Positions 14,251-27,590 of a stretch of DNA of 64,000 nt are shown in pieces. The position numbers were made by a program, and so were the translations under genes. The notes beneath the pieces were generated by a model, which saw only the letters and a program-made list of their open reading frames with translations, was not told the DNA's origin and made no database searches. Source of the stretch: Octopus sinensis (taxonomy: Eukaryota); assembly GCF_006345805.1 (NCBI RefSeq), contig NC_043010.1:2728001-2792000 (forward strand), given 5' to 3'. Position 1 is the stretch's first letter. Every line of letters begins with the position of its first letter.

Positions 14251-14377
14251 GAATATATATATATATATATTATATATATATATATATGCTATGAAAATAA
14301 AGTTAGATAAGGCCAATTTATGGGATTACCTTGGGTTTCAAGCCCTTAAAATGCTTAGCTTTAAAGTGTATCATCAA

Positions 14378-14560
14378 ATGGTAGCAACACCAACAAATAC
14401 AGCACTGCCCCAACCACGGAGATACATCAGTTGCTCTGGGAACATGTTCAAACAATGCCTCTCCAACCACAGTTCCTCGTTCAGGATACGGTAGCTGAAA
14501 GATGACGAGATCCTAAACAAAATATCATGGACAATCCTAGAATATCCATAAACGGGACCA
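14378..14560 (+). mobile_element. Penelope-like element GIY-YIG endonuclease remnant
   Basis: MVATPTNT...RYISCSGNMFKQCLSNHSSSFRIR*LKDDEILNKISWTILE resembles the Penelope YIG..FK.R..NH.SSF...LK...I.W.IL pattern. Confidence 0.65.
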
Positions 14561-15725
14561 GCACTCTAAATTAGGCATAGCGGAACATTAAGGATTCTAA
14601 AGGATTCCCTTAGCCTAGGGAAAATCCTTAACTCCAGAATGGAAGCCTTTGGACCATGCTTGCATTTCAGGAAATTCCTGCTGACCTATTGGAACCCACA
14701 AGATAACTGGGTCACCTGCAATTGATAGCTGAAGGGAGACAATCCCTGTTGTCAACATTAAGTAGTGAGGTCCTTTCCTCCTCTATATTTTAGAGAGGCC
14801 ACTACTAGAGAGGCATTAAGCCAACAGGTTTTGGGATCTGATGATACACCATAAAGCTAAGCTTTTTATAGACATGAAACCCAGAGTAACCCCATAAACC
14901 GGCCTTTATATGCTTTTATCTCTCTCTCTCTTTTTATCTATCTAATCTATCTATATATCTATATATCTTTATATATATATATATATATAATATATATTAT
15001 ATATATATATATATATAATGTATATATGTATATATATATTATATATATAATATACAGACATAAATATATATATATATAATTATATATATGTATATATAAA
15101 TACCTATTAATTCTATCTATATACATACATACATACATACATACATGCATACATACATACATATGTATGTATGCATTATATACACATATATATAAACACA
15201 CATGCACATATATTTTCTGTAATTATGTAATATATTCATTTATAGAGAAGCTTTCCACACAGATAATGCATTCCCTTATTCATGGACAAAATAAATTTAA
15301 AAAATTAAAGAGAGAAAGAGAGACAGGAAGAAGAAGAAGTAAAACAAAACAACCCTAAAACTGAAACATCTACACACTTCTATAGCCACCATATATACTG
15401 CGTAATAGTTACACACACACAATTCATACATAAATATTTGAATGAGATATTTCTCTAAAATCTGGCAATCTTATCGTTCCTGTTGCTAAATTTTTAGTAA
15501 AATACATTTTTAAAAAAAAAAAAAAATAAAAAGAAGAAATGAAGGAAGAAAGTTTTGAGGTAATTTTGACCATTGTTCAGAATTTCCTCCCTCTGGTAAA
15601 ATTCTGTAATGATTCTAGCATCTTGAATTGTATCGTAAGATTGAACATTGGACAAAGCTAGATATCACTCTGCAAATTCACCCTGATATTACCTGATATG
15701 CACACAGAGACAGACGTACATATGA

Positions 15726-15925
15726 ATGTATAAATATAAATATAAATATTTGCATATATATAGATTTATATATGACATGATATATATATATATATGTGTG
15801 TGTGTATATTTGTGTGTGTGTATTTACAATCTATCTCTCACACGCACAGCTTTTTGTATGTGTAAGAGAGCATGCGTGTGTATGTATGCATGTATGCATT
15901 TAATGCATAGATGCATATATATATA

Positions 15926-15976
<51 letters not shown>

Positions 15977-16034
15977 GCAGATATATACATACACATACAC
16001 CCATATGCAATTTATATATATATATATATAATAT

Positions 16035-16078
<44 letters not shown>

Positions 16079-16231
16079 TATACATATAAATGTGTGTGTA
16101 TACATATATGTATGTACATATATGTGTGTTGTGATTGTACAGACATAAATGAATGTATAAATATATATACAAAATATAATATAGATAGTTGTTTGTGTGT
16201 GTTGTATGTGCATGCTTATTGATATATATAT

Positions 16232-16287
<56 letters not shown>

Positions 16288-16298
16288 TACAGACATAA

Positions 16299-16329
<31 letters not shown>

Positions 16330-16339
16330 ATATATATAA

Positions 16340-16390
<51 letters not shown>

Positions 16391-16394
16391 CATA

Positions 16395-16426
<32 letters not shown>

Positions 16427-16440
16427 GCAAACATACACAC
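15726..16440. repeat. Compound (TA)n/(CA)n microsatellite tract (representative)
   Basis: Direct reading. Similar tracts at about 1140-1270, 1535-1780, 2690-2860, 5720-5990, 6150-6380, 7250-7600, 26490-26870, 41255-41590, 47900-48300, 55785-56042 and 62915-63520 account for most ORF-track entries. Confidence 0.97.
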
Positions 16441-16810
16441 ACTCACACAATGAAATAGAATAAGATATCCTGCATCTATTTTGTTGAAAAACAGCAATTT
16501 TATATCCTTGTAACCATTAAATGAAAATGTTTAAAATGGTGTAAAATATTTCTTGCTTGTTCTCTCCCCCCACTACACACACACACACACACCATCTTCC
16601 TCCCTTTGTTAACATTTTGCAAAAGTAACATAATTCTTACAAAAATTTTCTTATCTTCTTTTTCTTGTTTTCCTCAGTACAACAGTTTTTTTTAATATCC
16701 ATTTTGCTTGCTTTTTGTTTTTGTATTATGTTTTTCTTGTGTTTGTATGTAATATTGTTTGTTAAGTTTACCTGTACATGTTTTGTTTATAAATATGGTG
16801 TGTTTTTTTT

Positions 16811-17118
16811 TCAAGAATATGAGATCTTTGGTACTGCTGGTAATGGTTTGTTATAGGTCATAAAACAATCCCTCATTGGTAGATTCCAAGTCTCTGATGG
16901 TACTGTAGTAATATTGCTGTTATTGGTTGTGGTATTGTTGGTTGCACTGCTTACTCTAAATGACTTTAGGTCAATGACATCGTTTGAGGGTGTGTTCTGG
17001 CCACTGTCTGATAGGTAGCTGTCCTTGCTGCTAGTAGTACATTTTACTTTGCCAAGTGTCTGTGATAAGGACTTTAAATCTCCACATTTTAATTCTTTTA
17101 ACTGAGATGATTTAAGAC
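16811..17118 (-). CDS. Terminal coding exon of an unidentified multi-exon gene: (G)LKSSQLKELKCGDLKSLSQTLGKVKC...TWNLPMRDCFMTYNKPLPAVPKISYS*
   Basis: Acceptor taattttcatag|GT. Phase-1 start, open for 101 codons to TGA at 16813-16811. Non-repetitive and Ser/Thr/Asn-rich, followed by U-rich UTR-like sequence. Not in the ORF track because it lacks a start codon. Confidence 0.8.
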
Positions 17119-17285
17119 CTATGAAAATTAGAACACAGAAAAAAAAATAATGTCCGTTAATATGAAGTCATCCAAAGAAACATAAATAGGGATATTTTTT
17201 TTAAATAGTTATTTTTTTTGGTCAAATTCCATCAATATCAAGTTTTATCATTAAATTTTGCATTCAAAACTGGTGTTATTTTTAC

Positions 17286-17433
17286 CTGATAATTCTTCAT
17301 AGTGTCCATTGTTTCTTTCAAGACAATTTTGACCATTGTTAATATGAGAAAATACTGTAAGCATTTCTTTGCAATGGTCAGGTGCCATAATCACACAGTC
17401 CTCTAACTTGTTAACACCAGATGTCATTGTGGC
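17286..17433 (-). CDS. Internal exon ATMTSGVNKLEDCVIMAPDHCKEMLTVFSHINNGQNCLERNNGHYEELS(G)
   Basis: Acceptor aaaatcttcag|GCC, donor TCAG|gtaaaa. 148 nt, phase 0 to 1, matching the terminal exon across a 167-nt intron. Confidence 0.8.
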
Positions 17434-19371
17434 CTGAAGATTTTTTAAAAAGAAATCAGTAAGTTAGGACAAAAACATTTCTTTAAAAAAATTTAAGATG
17501 GAAAACACTAAAAATCAAATTAATAAAATAAAGAAACAAGGAATAAAATTTCTGAACAGATTGGTGTTTTTAGATTGTAAAATCCTCTATGCTCTGTGTA
17601 TACCTATGTATACATTAGTTCTTCATCGGAAGATCTTTCAGTGAAAATCAGCAGAGAATCAGTAGATCAGTTTATCTAGCTGTAGTCATTTTACATTGGC
17701 TTAAAATTTAGAACTCAGAACATCTGAATTCCTATTCTAATGAAGCTAGTGAGGATTTTGAGAGATATTTGGCTGGTTGGATGAGTAAGTAGCTATTTAG
17801 TTTCAGGTCAGCTGTTATTGAGCAAACTAATGATAATTAACGACATTTAAAACACAATCCCATCTTTAAACAGAATAAATGCTGTATACAGGTCAGTTAC
17901 TTGTTTTAGATGACCCACGGTAACTTACTCTTTATCCTGCTTTTGTGCAGTCATATGGTATAAATAAAATCGTGTGATTTATATTTTTTGGTAAATCTTA
18001 TGTAATGCCACCATCCTTAGTGACTAATAGCCAAGGTCATATTTTTATAAAGGTGTGCTACTTTCATGGTATTTCTGTCTTTTATATTTTCTGCACTATT
18101 CATAAAAGGATTTCACTGTACAAATACTTTTCTCACTGCTTCTATTTCACATTCTGCTTTTCTACATTGTAACAATAATTTCTTTCTTTTTTTTTATTTT
18201 ATCATTGAATGACCATTCTATCATTACCAATTCAATCCTGAAAGACGGAATAAATACTTTCACTTAATATGAGACAAGTGGAGGTTACACTCTTTGTTTG
18301 GGGCCACACCACCATGGTTATAGAAATGTTGGAAATCAAGACTATGAAACACTTAGAGCTTGCAGCTAAATTAGAATCAAACAACACACATTTTCTAAGA
18401 TGCGATTCAACTTCACCATATTATCTTTCCTTTTGTTATGAGAATTCTGTGAAAATAATAATTGATGGCTTCAGTAGAAAGCTGCTTGGACAAGTGCCAA
18501 GGCTTTATCAACCTAGGTCAGAATGCCTGGATGAGGTTAAATGTTGTAAGACCCCAAACACCCAGTGATTCCATTATACAACACTGACAATATGTCTACC
18601 CATTACATCTGTAGATGTAAGTTGAATTATCCAACCATCTATAGACAGACATACATCAGATCATCATCATTATCGTTTTGCATTTGTCTTCCATGCTGCT
18701 TAGTCAGTCAAAGGACTGCATCAAGCTCCAATGTCTCCTCAGGCATGTCTTTTACACCTGGATGCCCTTCCTAATGCCAATCACTTAACGAAGTGTATTG
18801 GGTGCATTTTTTCATGGCACCAGCACTAGTGAGGTCGCCAAGTAACATGCACAAGAAAGAACAAAAGAAAGAAAGAAGAAACAAACAAACAAATAAACAA
18901 CAAAAGTAAGTTGGAGCACTGATGGCTGATATGAGAAGGTATTGATAGCGATAGCAGATGTGGAAGGGTGTCTAAGGATAAAGTATAACAGTCATAAGAT
19001 GTAATTTAGATGAGAGTAACATAACTGGAAGAAGAAAATGGGTGGTCAGTGGAAAATAAAATAAGAAGAGATAATAGTGAGAATAAGGGATATATGTTAA
19101 AGGAAACGGTTTGAAGGTGGGGGTGGAGACAACTACTAGCACAAAGGGGGTAAAATATGTGTAGACTCTGCTGCCATATGATTACAGCAGGTGAATAATG
19201 TGGCATTGTTAGAAGAGTGATGAGTGGGGTGAGTGTTAGAAAGACGAGAGGTGAGAGATTTGGTGTAGAGGCAGGGATTATTGCATGTATATACTTGTGT
19301 GTGTGTGTGTTGCATATGTACATAATAATTTCCTGTGTATAAGACAAACGATTTCTATATATAAAAGTAAC

Positions 19372-19603
19372 AAGGTGGCAAGCTGGCAAAAACGTTAGCA
19401 TGCCAGGCGAAATGCATAGCTGTATTTCGTCTGCTGCTACGTTCTGAGTTCAAATTCCGCCGAGGTCGACTTTGCCTTTTATCCTTTTGGGATCGATAAA
19501 TAAAGTACCAGTTACGCACAGGGGTCGATGTAATCAACTTAATCCATCTGTCTGTCCTTGTTTGTCCTCTCTGTGTTTAGCCCCTTGTGGGTAGTAAAGA
19601 AAT
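19372..19603 (+). mobile_element. tRNA-derived SINE (third family, GGTCGACTTTGCCTTTCATCCTTTCGGGGTCGAT core)
   Basis: Head GGTGGCAAGCTGGCA...GAGTTCAAATTCCGCCGAGG. Copies near 11330-11545(-), 27669-28460(+, array), 30045-30250(-), 33840-34000(+), 35290-35490(-), 37905-38050(-), 53030-53235(-), 53585-53710(+) and 63800-63990(-). Confidence 0.85.
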
Positions 19604-19639
19604 ATATATTTAAATGTATCAAAATATTTCCCGACATCG

Positions 19640-19818
19640 CATACCTAGAAAGTTCTCTAAAGGTAGTAGATAGTTTCTGTTACATAGGTAACCGAACAAG
19701 TAGTGGAAGACAATGTCTTGAAATGAAAGTATAGTTGCTAGATTAAGAACAGGATGGATAAAGTTTAGAGAGTCATTACTTTTGTTGCTGACAAAAGGTC
19801 TCTCTCTTTCTCTCACTC

Positions 19819-19867
<49 letters not shown>

Positions 19868-20075
19868 CTCTCTCTTTGAGTGAAAGACAAATTGTACAAT
19901 GCTTGTGTACAAACAGCAATGCTACATGGCAGAGAAACATGGACCCTGAATGCAGAGGACAGGCTATGACAAGAAAAGAATGAAGCTTGTATGCTTCTGA
20001 TGGATGTACAACATCAGTGTGCATATGCTACAAAGTGGAAATGTATTGAGAGAAGAATTGTGTATAAAAGGAATC
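19640..20075 (+). mobile_element. Old RTE LINE fragment split by a (CT)n tract
   Basis: Colinear with RTE 4680-4990 (GTAGTAGATAGTTTCTGTTACATAGG...; ACAGCAATGCTACATGGCAGAGAAACATGG). Confidence 0.65.
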
Positions 20076-20256
20076 ACCTGTAATTTGGTAGTGACAGAAC
20101 CATGCTACAGGTTTATTATACTGCTGCTCTCCATCCTTCCTGTACTGCCACTTAAAAACTCTTTCTGGAGCCATTTGTGATCCCCTTTATATGAATATTT
20201 ACCTTCACCCTTATACATTATACACATATATAAATATGCACATTAATAATACATAC

Positions 20257-20320
<64 letters not shown>

Positions 20321-20465
20321 GTATATACACATATATGTATATATATATACATAAATATATATATACATAATATATATATATATATACATATATATGCATA
20401 TATAAGCATATATATATATATATATTTATGCACATATATATGCATACAAATGTATATACAGACAA

Positions 20466-20560
20466 TAAGAAAATGGAGGAAAATCAACAAATAGAAGTGT
20501 ATCTTTGGTGCTAAAAAGCCAAGATACACTTCTATTTGTTGTTTTCCCTCTATTTTCTTA
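20466..20560. ncRNA. Near-perfect long hairpin, pre-miRNA/endo-siRNA-like candidate (copy 1)
   Basis: TAAGAAAATGGAGGAAAATCAACAAATAGAAGTGTATCTTTGG-TGCTAAAAAG-CCAAGATACACTTCTATTTGTTGTTTTCCCTCTATTTTCTTA. The stem extends imperfectly to about 20451/20575. The ncRNA function is inferred only. Confidence 0.35.
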
Positions 20561-20745
20561 TCATCTATGTACACATTAAACTACGGTTTACCTTTTCAAA
20601 TTACCTGCTGCCGTATACCTAAGGACCATACTTACTGAGGTGATTGCCAGGAGTGCCTCTGAATACTTCTACACCTTAGAGGGCTTAACACCTCTAACTT
20701 ATACCTTATATGTATATATATGCATATATATATATAATATATATA

Positions 20746-20811
<66 letters not shown>

Positions 20812-20968
20812 ATATATATATGTATATACACATATATGTATATATATATACATAAATATATATATATATATATTATATATATATATATACATATATATGC
20901 ATATATAAGCATATATATATATATATATTTATGCACATATATATGCATACAAATGTATATACAGACAA

Positions 20969-21063
20969 TAAGAAAATGGAGGAAAATCAACAAATAGAAG
21001 TGTATCTTTGGTGCTAAAAAGCCAAGATACACTTCTATTTGTTGTTTTCCCTCTATTTTCTTA
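20969..21063. ncRNA. Near-perfect long hairpin, pre-miRNA/endo-siRNA-like candidate (copy 2)
   Basis: Same sequence as 20466-20560, within the duplicated unit. Confidence 0.35.
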
Positions 21064-21226
21064 TCATCTATGTACACATTAAACTACGGTTTACCTTTTC
21101 AAATTACCTGCTGCCGTATACCTAAGGACCATACTTACTGAGGTGATTGCCAGGAGTGCCTCTGAATACTTCTACACCTTAGAGGGCTTAACACCTCTAA
21201 CTTATACCTTATATGTATATATATGC

Positions 21227-21338
<112 letters not shown>

Positions 21339-22184
21339 ATATATGCATATATATATATGTATGTATGTATATATATGCATATATATATATGTATGTATAT
21401 GCATATATATATATACACACACATTCACCTACACACATATCACACACACACACATGCACTTATATAAACAGAAATCTTACTCTACAGCATGTATTGAATA
21501 TGTCTTCCTCTTCCAAAAAGAAACATAGGAGATAAATGGAGAAAAAGCAGTGTGTGTGTGTATGTGTCTGTGAAAATATATTTTGAGAAAAGATAAAATG
21601 TATGAGTATATGTCGACAACAGATTATTTTGTCAACACATTTTTGTGTGCCAAACCAATAGTTGATGGACGCCATGCTATATTACTGATGTATAATGAAG
21701 GAAAGTAAGACATCCAGCTTTAATAGCCAGAGTGTGATCAGGTGAGCATGTACAATGTAGTCAGCATACAAGAGTGTGGCTGGAGTTGAAAAAGTCATAC
21801 AAAATTTGTAGTAGAAAATTGTGCTGGTAGGTGGACTTATGTAGTTAATGCACCATAGTGTTGGTTGGTAGACAAATATATATAGTATATACTGTTAGTA
21901 CACAGTGGTCATGTTGGCAGACCCCAAACTATTATTGTAATATTTAAGAAAAGAGAGAGAGATATGAATAAAAATGTTATGAGAGACAGCATCCTATACG
22001 TCTATTTATCCATTTATCTATCTATCTACACACACTCACACACATACATACATGTATATATATATGTACATATATGTACAGATCTGACTGGCCTGGTGCA
22101 ACCTTCGGGCTTGCCAGACCCCAGTTGAACTGTCCAACCCATGCTAGCATGGAAAGCGGACGTTAAACGATGATGATGATGATG

Positions 22185-22217
<33 letters not shown>

Positions 22218-22260
22218 CATATATATATCATTGGATGTCATTGCACAGTACCAGTGTAAG

Positions 22261-22480
22261 AACACTATATATAACTACAGCCTAGGATTCAAAAGACCAC
22301 AAATTTCCAATATCTGACCAAATCGCCTCAGAGATCTCAAAGGTGTAGATGTGGGTGTGTTCAAGCAATGAGTGGATAAATATTAATCCAACATACCAGA
22401 TGAACCTACATCATGGTAAAAACTACAAAGAAGGGCAGCACTGTCTAGCTCAGAACTTCATCAGGACTGATTCAGGGGGC
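22261..22480 (+). mobile_element. Old CR1/Jockey-group LINE C-terminal remnant
   Basis: NTIYNYSLGFKRPQISNI*PNRLRDLKGVDVGVFKQ*VDKY*SNIPDEP resembles the FK..LDK.L..IPDEP LINE terminus. Confidence 0.6.
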
Positions 22481-22800
22481 AGGACAAGAAAAATGGATCT
22501 AAAATAAACATGTATTAGTGCTAACGATGGTGCCCCAGTATGGCCCTGGCCTCTGGCAGAAACTGATAATAGAAAATATATAGTTGTATATATATATATA
22601 CATACACACACACACACACATATGTATGTATGTATGTATGTATTGCAATCACTCTCTTTCTTCCATTACACCCTCTTCTATCAATCATTACTGAAACCTG
22701 TGACTATCCCTCAATGTCTTGCATGAAAGTGCATGCCCTTGACCTTCTTCCTTTTGTAAACTTTTTCCTACTACATTGTACCCTGGGTCCTGCCATTCAC

Positions 22801-22869
22801 CTGATGTTGATATTTTACAAAGCGGTTGTAGGTATATATCGAGCACCTAACACTACACTTTGTATCTTG
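22801..22869 (-). CDS. Internal exon QDTKCSVRCSIYTYNRFVKYQHQ
   Basis: Acceptor cacctcttcagtgtttag|CAA, donor CAG|gtgaat. 69 nt, phase 0 to 0, fits between its neighbours. Confidence 0.6.
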
Positions 22870-23002
22870 CTAAACACTGAAGAGGTGTTCAAAAGATTAT
22901 ATAATTTTCAGCAAACAGTTGTGTAATCCTGCTGGTTAATTTACTGAAACACATAGCTTTCACAAAGCACAAAACACCAACTACGTTTTTTGTAATTTTA
23001 AC

Positions 23003-23034
<32 letters not shown>

Positions 23035-23235
23035 ATATTTATTTATAGACTCATATCTGTGTGTGTGTGTATAATATACTTATACTGAGAAAGAGAGAAA
23101 GAAAGAGAAGAGTTAGTGAATGAGGGAAAACAGAGTAGGAGAGAAGGTAAATGGTAAAACTTTTAATTGCCATATTTTATATATATATATATACACACAC
23201 ACACATGCACACACACACATGCACGCATATATATA

Positions 23236-23273
<38 letters not shown>

Positions 23274-23649
23274 ATATATATATACATACATAAATATACA
23301 CATATAATATGTTTAAATGTGTATTGGTATAGATATGTGTCCATGTGTGTGTGCGAGTATGTGTTTTTCTTATAGGAAATGTTGAATCTAATGCTACATC
23401 ATTTCAACGATAAAATAAATACAAGTTGTTTATATTTATTACTAACAAAAAATAAGTAAAAAAAAACAGTCTGAAACCATAAACAAAATAGTAGACAATA
23501 AAAGATAACAGCAATGGTGGTGATGATGATGCTGATGATGGTATGATGATGATGATGACGACGATGACGATGAAACCTTATATATATATATATACGATTG
23601 TATTGTTGAAATATATTTTTTTCATTATCAGCAATTTCCCCTTAATTAC

Positions 23650-23701
23650 TCGAAGACAATGGTTTGGTCCTGCAGCACTCTTCTGATATAGCATTTTCAG
23701 A
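23650..23701 (-). CDS. Internal exon (L)LKMLYQKSAAGPNHCLR
   Basis: Acceptor gtaatttcag|T, donor CGA|gtaatt. 52 nt, phase 2 to 0, exactly the phases the flanking exons require. Confidence 0.6.
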
Positions 23702-26498
23702 CTGAAATTACTTCATTCACACAACAAATTCTATGTGACTGGACTTATTTTATCATCTTGTGTCTGTTATAACATTGCGACACATTGTTATTTTTTCCCT
23801 CCCAATTATATCTCTTATACACAGAAACATCACCGGTTGTTTAGAGCACTTACGTTATGTTATGGGTTTTTTTATGTGTTTATGTAATTATTTATTTGTA
23901 TTTTTTTTCTCCTAAGTCTCCATTTATTGATAAAAGTTATCATACATACACACATACACACAAATGCAAACATATACCAACTCCAAGAGTACGATTTTGG
24001 CTTAGAGGAAATGTTTCTTCGTTTAGTTTTATTCTTTCTTTATATTGTTATTTTTGTTTTATTTTCACTTTTTGTTTATTTATTTTCTTTTATCAACATG
24101 GTCTTTTATAAAATAGTTTTGCCCTGGCTGGATATTTTTTAATTTCTACAAAATTACTATAGTTTATATTGCCAACAGGCTAAAATCCATTATATCAGCT
24201 AAGAAAAAGCATTTTTATCATGGTCACTTTTAATATTTCCTTTTTGCAATTATTAGAAAAAGCTGAAAGAACTTTTATCAGAATCTTTTGAAAAACAAAA
24301 AGGGAGAAAAAAATGAAAGAAAAATTCATCAATTTCAAAAACTGATGATTCTGTTAACATTTGACATTGCATGAACCTTACTTCCAAGAACTGATTTATC
24401 TCCGTTATAAATTGCTCTCAGCAATCCTCAAATTCCTTTCAAATACACAATTTCTTGCTTCATTGTACAATAGCAGACTTAGTAAATACACAAAGTATGT
24501 ATGCTTAATTGGTTTTTGATGAAGAAACATGTCTCAAAATTTGAATTGTTCTTTGGTGAAAACATTTGAAATATTTATAATTCTTGATGTTACTTTCTTT
24601 CTTGTAGCAATTCTTTCATAAATTGTCTTAAAATTTTTAAAACATTATCCTGAAAAGTGCCAAGATTAAGATTTACTACATTCAACATGTGATTTCTATT
24701 ATGTATTTTTGCCTCAAGTAGTAAGTCATATTACTTTTATTCATAATTGTTGTCATCATCATCATCAACATCATTAACATCCTCATTGTTAGTGTCATCA
24801 TCATTTCATGTCCGCATGCTAGCTTGAGTTTGATTGTTTGACGAAATCTGATGGGTTGGAAAGCCACACATAACTTCAAAATCTTCAGTTTAGGCATAGT
24901 TCTTATGGTTTGATACCCTTCTAGTTCTTCTTAGTAAATACACAAGAAGTATATTGGGTACATTTTTTTCTTACCACCTTAACCATTATAGAGCTTGTTT
25001 TTGCAGCCTTAACCATTATAGAGCTTGTTTTTGCCCCTTGCATCTCTAAACAGTCCTTTTTTCGTTTCAGTATTGTTTCTCTTTGATTCCCCTTCCAAAT
25101 ATCAACTTTAACTTTGTTTCTCATCCTTTCAGAATTGGTGTAAGAGAAAGTATTAGCCATGTACTGTTAGGGGTCAATATAATTGACTAACGCCTTTGAT
25201 TAATATCGCTGGCCTTGTGTCTAAATTAGAAATTATTTGAGGGTAGCAGATTGTCAGGCACAGTACCACAGGATATTTGTTTTGGCACTTAATTCTCCTA
25301 GTTCAAATCCCATAGCAGTTAAACTTTGCCCTTCATCACTCCCATAAGTAAAAATGGGTTTGCAAAGAGCCAAAATCCCTACCAAGAAAAAAGCAGAGCA
25401 TTGATGACAATTTAAAATGAACCAGACCCAGGAGAGGTGCAGACAGCATAGAATTGAGAACAGAGGGAAGGGCTTACATAAGTAAGTCAAAGGTGTTGCA
25501 GCCTTAACCATTCTCTTTTTCTTTTACAGATATATTATGCCTAGAAATACATCATCATCATCATCATTTAACATCCATTTTCCATGCTGGAATGGGTTGG
25601 ATGGTTTGACTGGAAACTGGTAAACTGCACCAGGGTACAATCTGATTTGGCATGATTTCTACAGCCGGATGCCCTTCCTAATACCAACCACTCCAAGAGT
25701 GTATGAATGCTTTTTACATGACAGTTACGAAACACTGACATCAGCCATGACTGCAATTTCGCTTGGCTTCACAGATCTTCTCAAGCACAGCATATTGCTA
25801 AAGGTTTTGGTCACTTGTCACCGCCTCCGTGAGATCCAATACATTATTTAACATCTCATCTCCAGTTTTTTAGAGACAGTATTCTGTAATTTGAGGATAA
25901 TTTGGCAGCTATTTCTAGCAGGTCAGGAATGTGTGTAGAAGCTTCCAACTTGGTGTGAAAATGGTACAGCTCATTGGCATCATTCTTAAGAAGAATGGAG
26001 GTGAGTGAAAGTGGTGTGTAAGCAGAAAAATAGAGTACCGAAACTAAAGGGTCCTCTGGACAATGTAAACCTGGAGATATAAAATGTAAGGTTGATCTTG
26101 GATGCAATGAATCTGATCATGGGTCTGCCCAAACAGGATTGATCTGAAGATAAACAACAACAACAATACCGGAATTCCATCTAGATTACCATTGTATTTC
26201 ATTTTTCTGGGAGTCGCTAAGTTATTTGGTGAAGACAACGACTAATGACAGCAAAAACAACAGCAACAATAATAATGTGCTAGGGTTTGTGTGATAACAA
26301 CATCGATAGATCTGAATATCATTCAGATGTCTCGTTAAGTTTGTGTGTACATGAGCATATGTGGGTTTGTGTGTGTGTATGTATGTATTTATTAGGATGT
26401 ATGTCTGTATGTCTGTAGATTGGAGGTAGGTAAGTATGTAGGTAGTTAGGTGGTTGGATGAATGGATGGACGAACAGATAAATGTGATAGACAGAAGA

Positions 26499-26541
<43 letters not shown>

Positions 26542-26542
26542 T

Positions 26543-26603
<61 letters not shown>

Positions 26604-26609
26604 TTTATG

Positions 26610-26664
<55 letters not shown>

Positions 26665-26670
26665 TCATAA

Positions 26671-26702
<32 letters not shown>

Positions 26703-26804
26703 GGAGAGCGAGAGAGAGAGAAAGAGAGAGAGAGAGATGAACGGACACATATCGAAGACAGCAGAGAATGAAATAAATGAGAGAATGAGACAAAGTGAAT
26801 GGAA

Positions 26805-26840
<36 letters not shown>

Positions 26841-27182
26841 GGAGAGTATGCATGTGTATGTGTGTGTAAGTGGATGAAATAAGAAAAGTTCTTAGAAAAC
26901 AATTTCTTCTAATTGGATGACTGTATTTGAGAAGCACATTGGCAAAGTCTTAAAAGATGCAACAACCAATCAGGAAATGATATCTAATGGATGATGCTGG
27001 ACCAAAGCCATCACAGGAAGCCTCAGAACGACATCCATCTTCAAGCAATATCCTTTGTAGATTAAGGTGTTTGACGATTGCCGTCAATTTGATGTTCCCA
27101 GAAAGTAAATGCTTGTCGTAATTTTCTTACATCCTTTTATCCACTGCCATTAGTGAATGGCACCACTAGTGTAATGGAGACG

Positions 27183-27590
27183 TATTTTGAGATCTCGGAG
27201 CTAGCCTTGTTAATAAGGTATCGATCTTGAGAACTGGGTACTACTCAAGCTGTTAAGGTATCACCCTGTTGAAAGTAAGAGCTACTCTGAATGTAAAGGT
27301 GTCAGTCGAAGTTAGTCTAGGTGATAAAGGATCACATTTTGAGCTCTGGGGCTGCCAATCAGGAAATGATATTGTAGATAAGATGTCAACTGGGGTTAGC
27401 CTAGTTGATAAGGTACCAAATTTTGACATCTAAAGCTACCCTAGTTGACAGGATAATCCCAGGTTTTACGAAAGCTTGGATTAGCTTAGTTGGTGTGAGA
27501 ATTGAGGCAACCCTAGTTGATAAAGTATCAATTATGATAGCTATGGTAAACCTAGTTGGTAAGAAATCAAATCTTCAAACCTGGGGTCAC
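27183..27590 (+). repeat. Degenerate minisatellite with a unit of about 39-40 bp
   Basis: Recurrent approximate consensus GGGGTTAGCCTAGTTGATAAGGTATCAAATTTTGAGATCT. At least six recognisable units. Confidence 0.65.

Larger units (their letters stand above)
20321..21226. repeat. Tandem duplication with a period of about 503 bp, bounded by (TA)n
   Basis: The core 20395-20723 recurs at 20898-21226. No differences seen by eye in the non-microsatellite part. Confidence 0.92.

Noticed and set aside
17668-17686. TTATCTAGCTGTA, a partial match to miR-9
   Set aside because: Only about 13 nt match, the seed region differs, and there is no complementary arm.
21481-21510. Possible minus-strand exon EDIFNTCCR with a gtaaga donor
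   Set aside because: The acceptor is weak and purine-rich, and the exon is not needed for the phase chain. It cannot be excluded as an alternative exon.
24977-25034. 30-bp direct repeat with a third partial copy at 25498-25512
   Set aside because: A short local duplication with no supporting structure. The overlapping small ORFs show no recognisable motif.
25856-26077. Minus-strand ORF GLHCPEDPLVSVLYFSAY...LKNWR* behind a good acceptor
   Set aside because: It has a phase-1 start and an internal stop that do not fit the host exon chain, and no recognisable motif.
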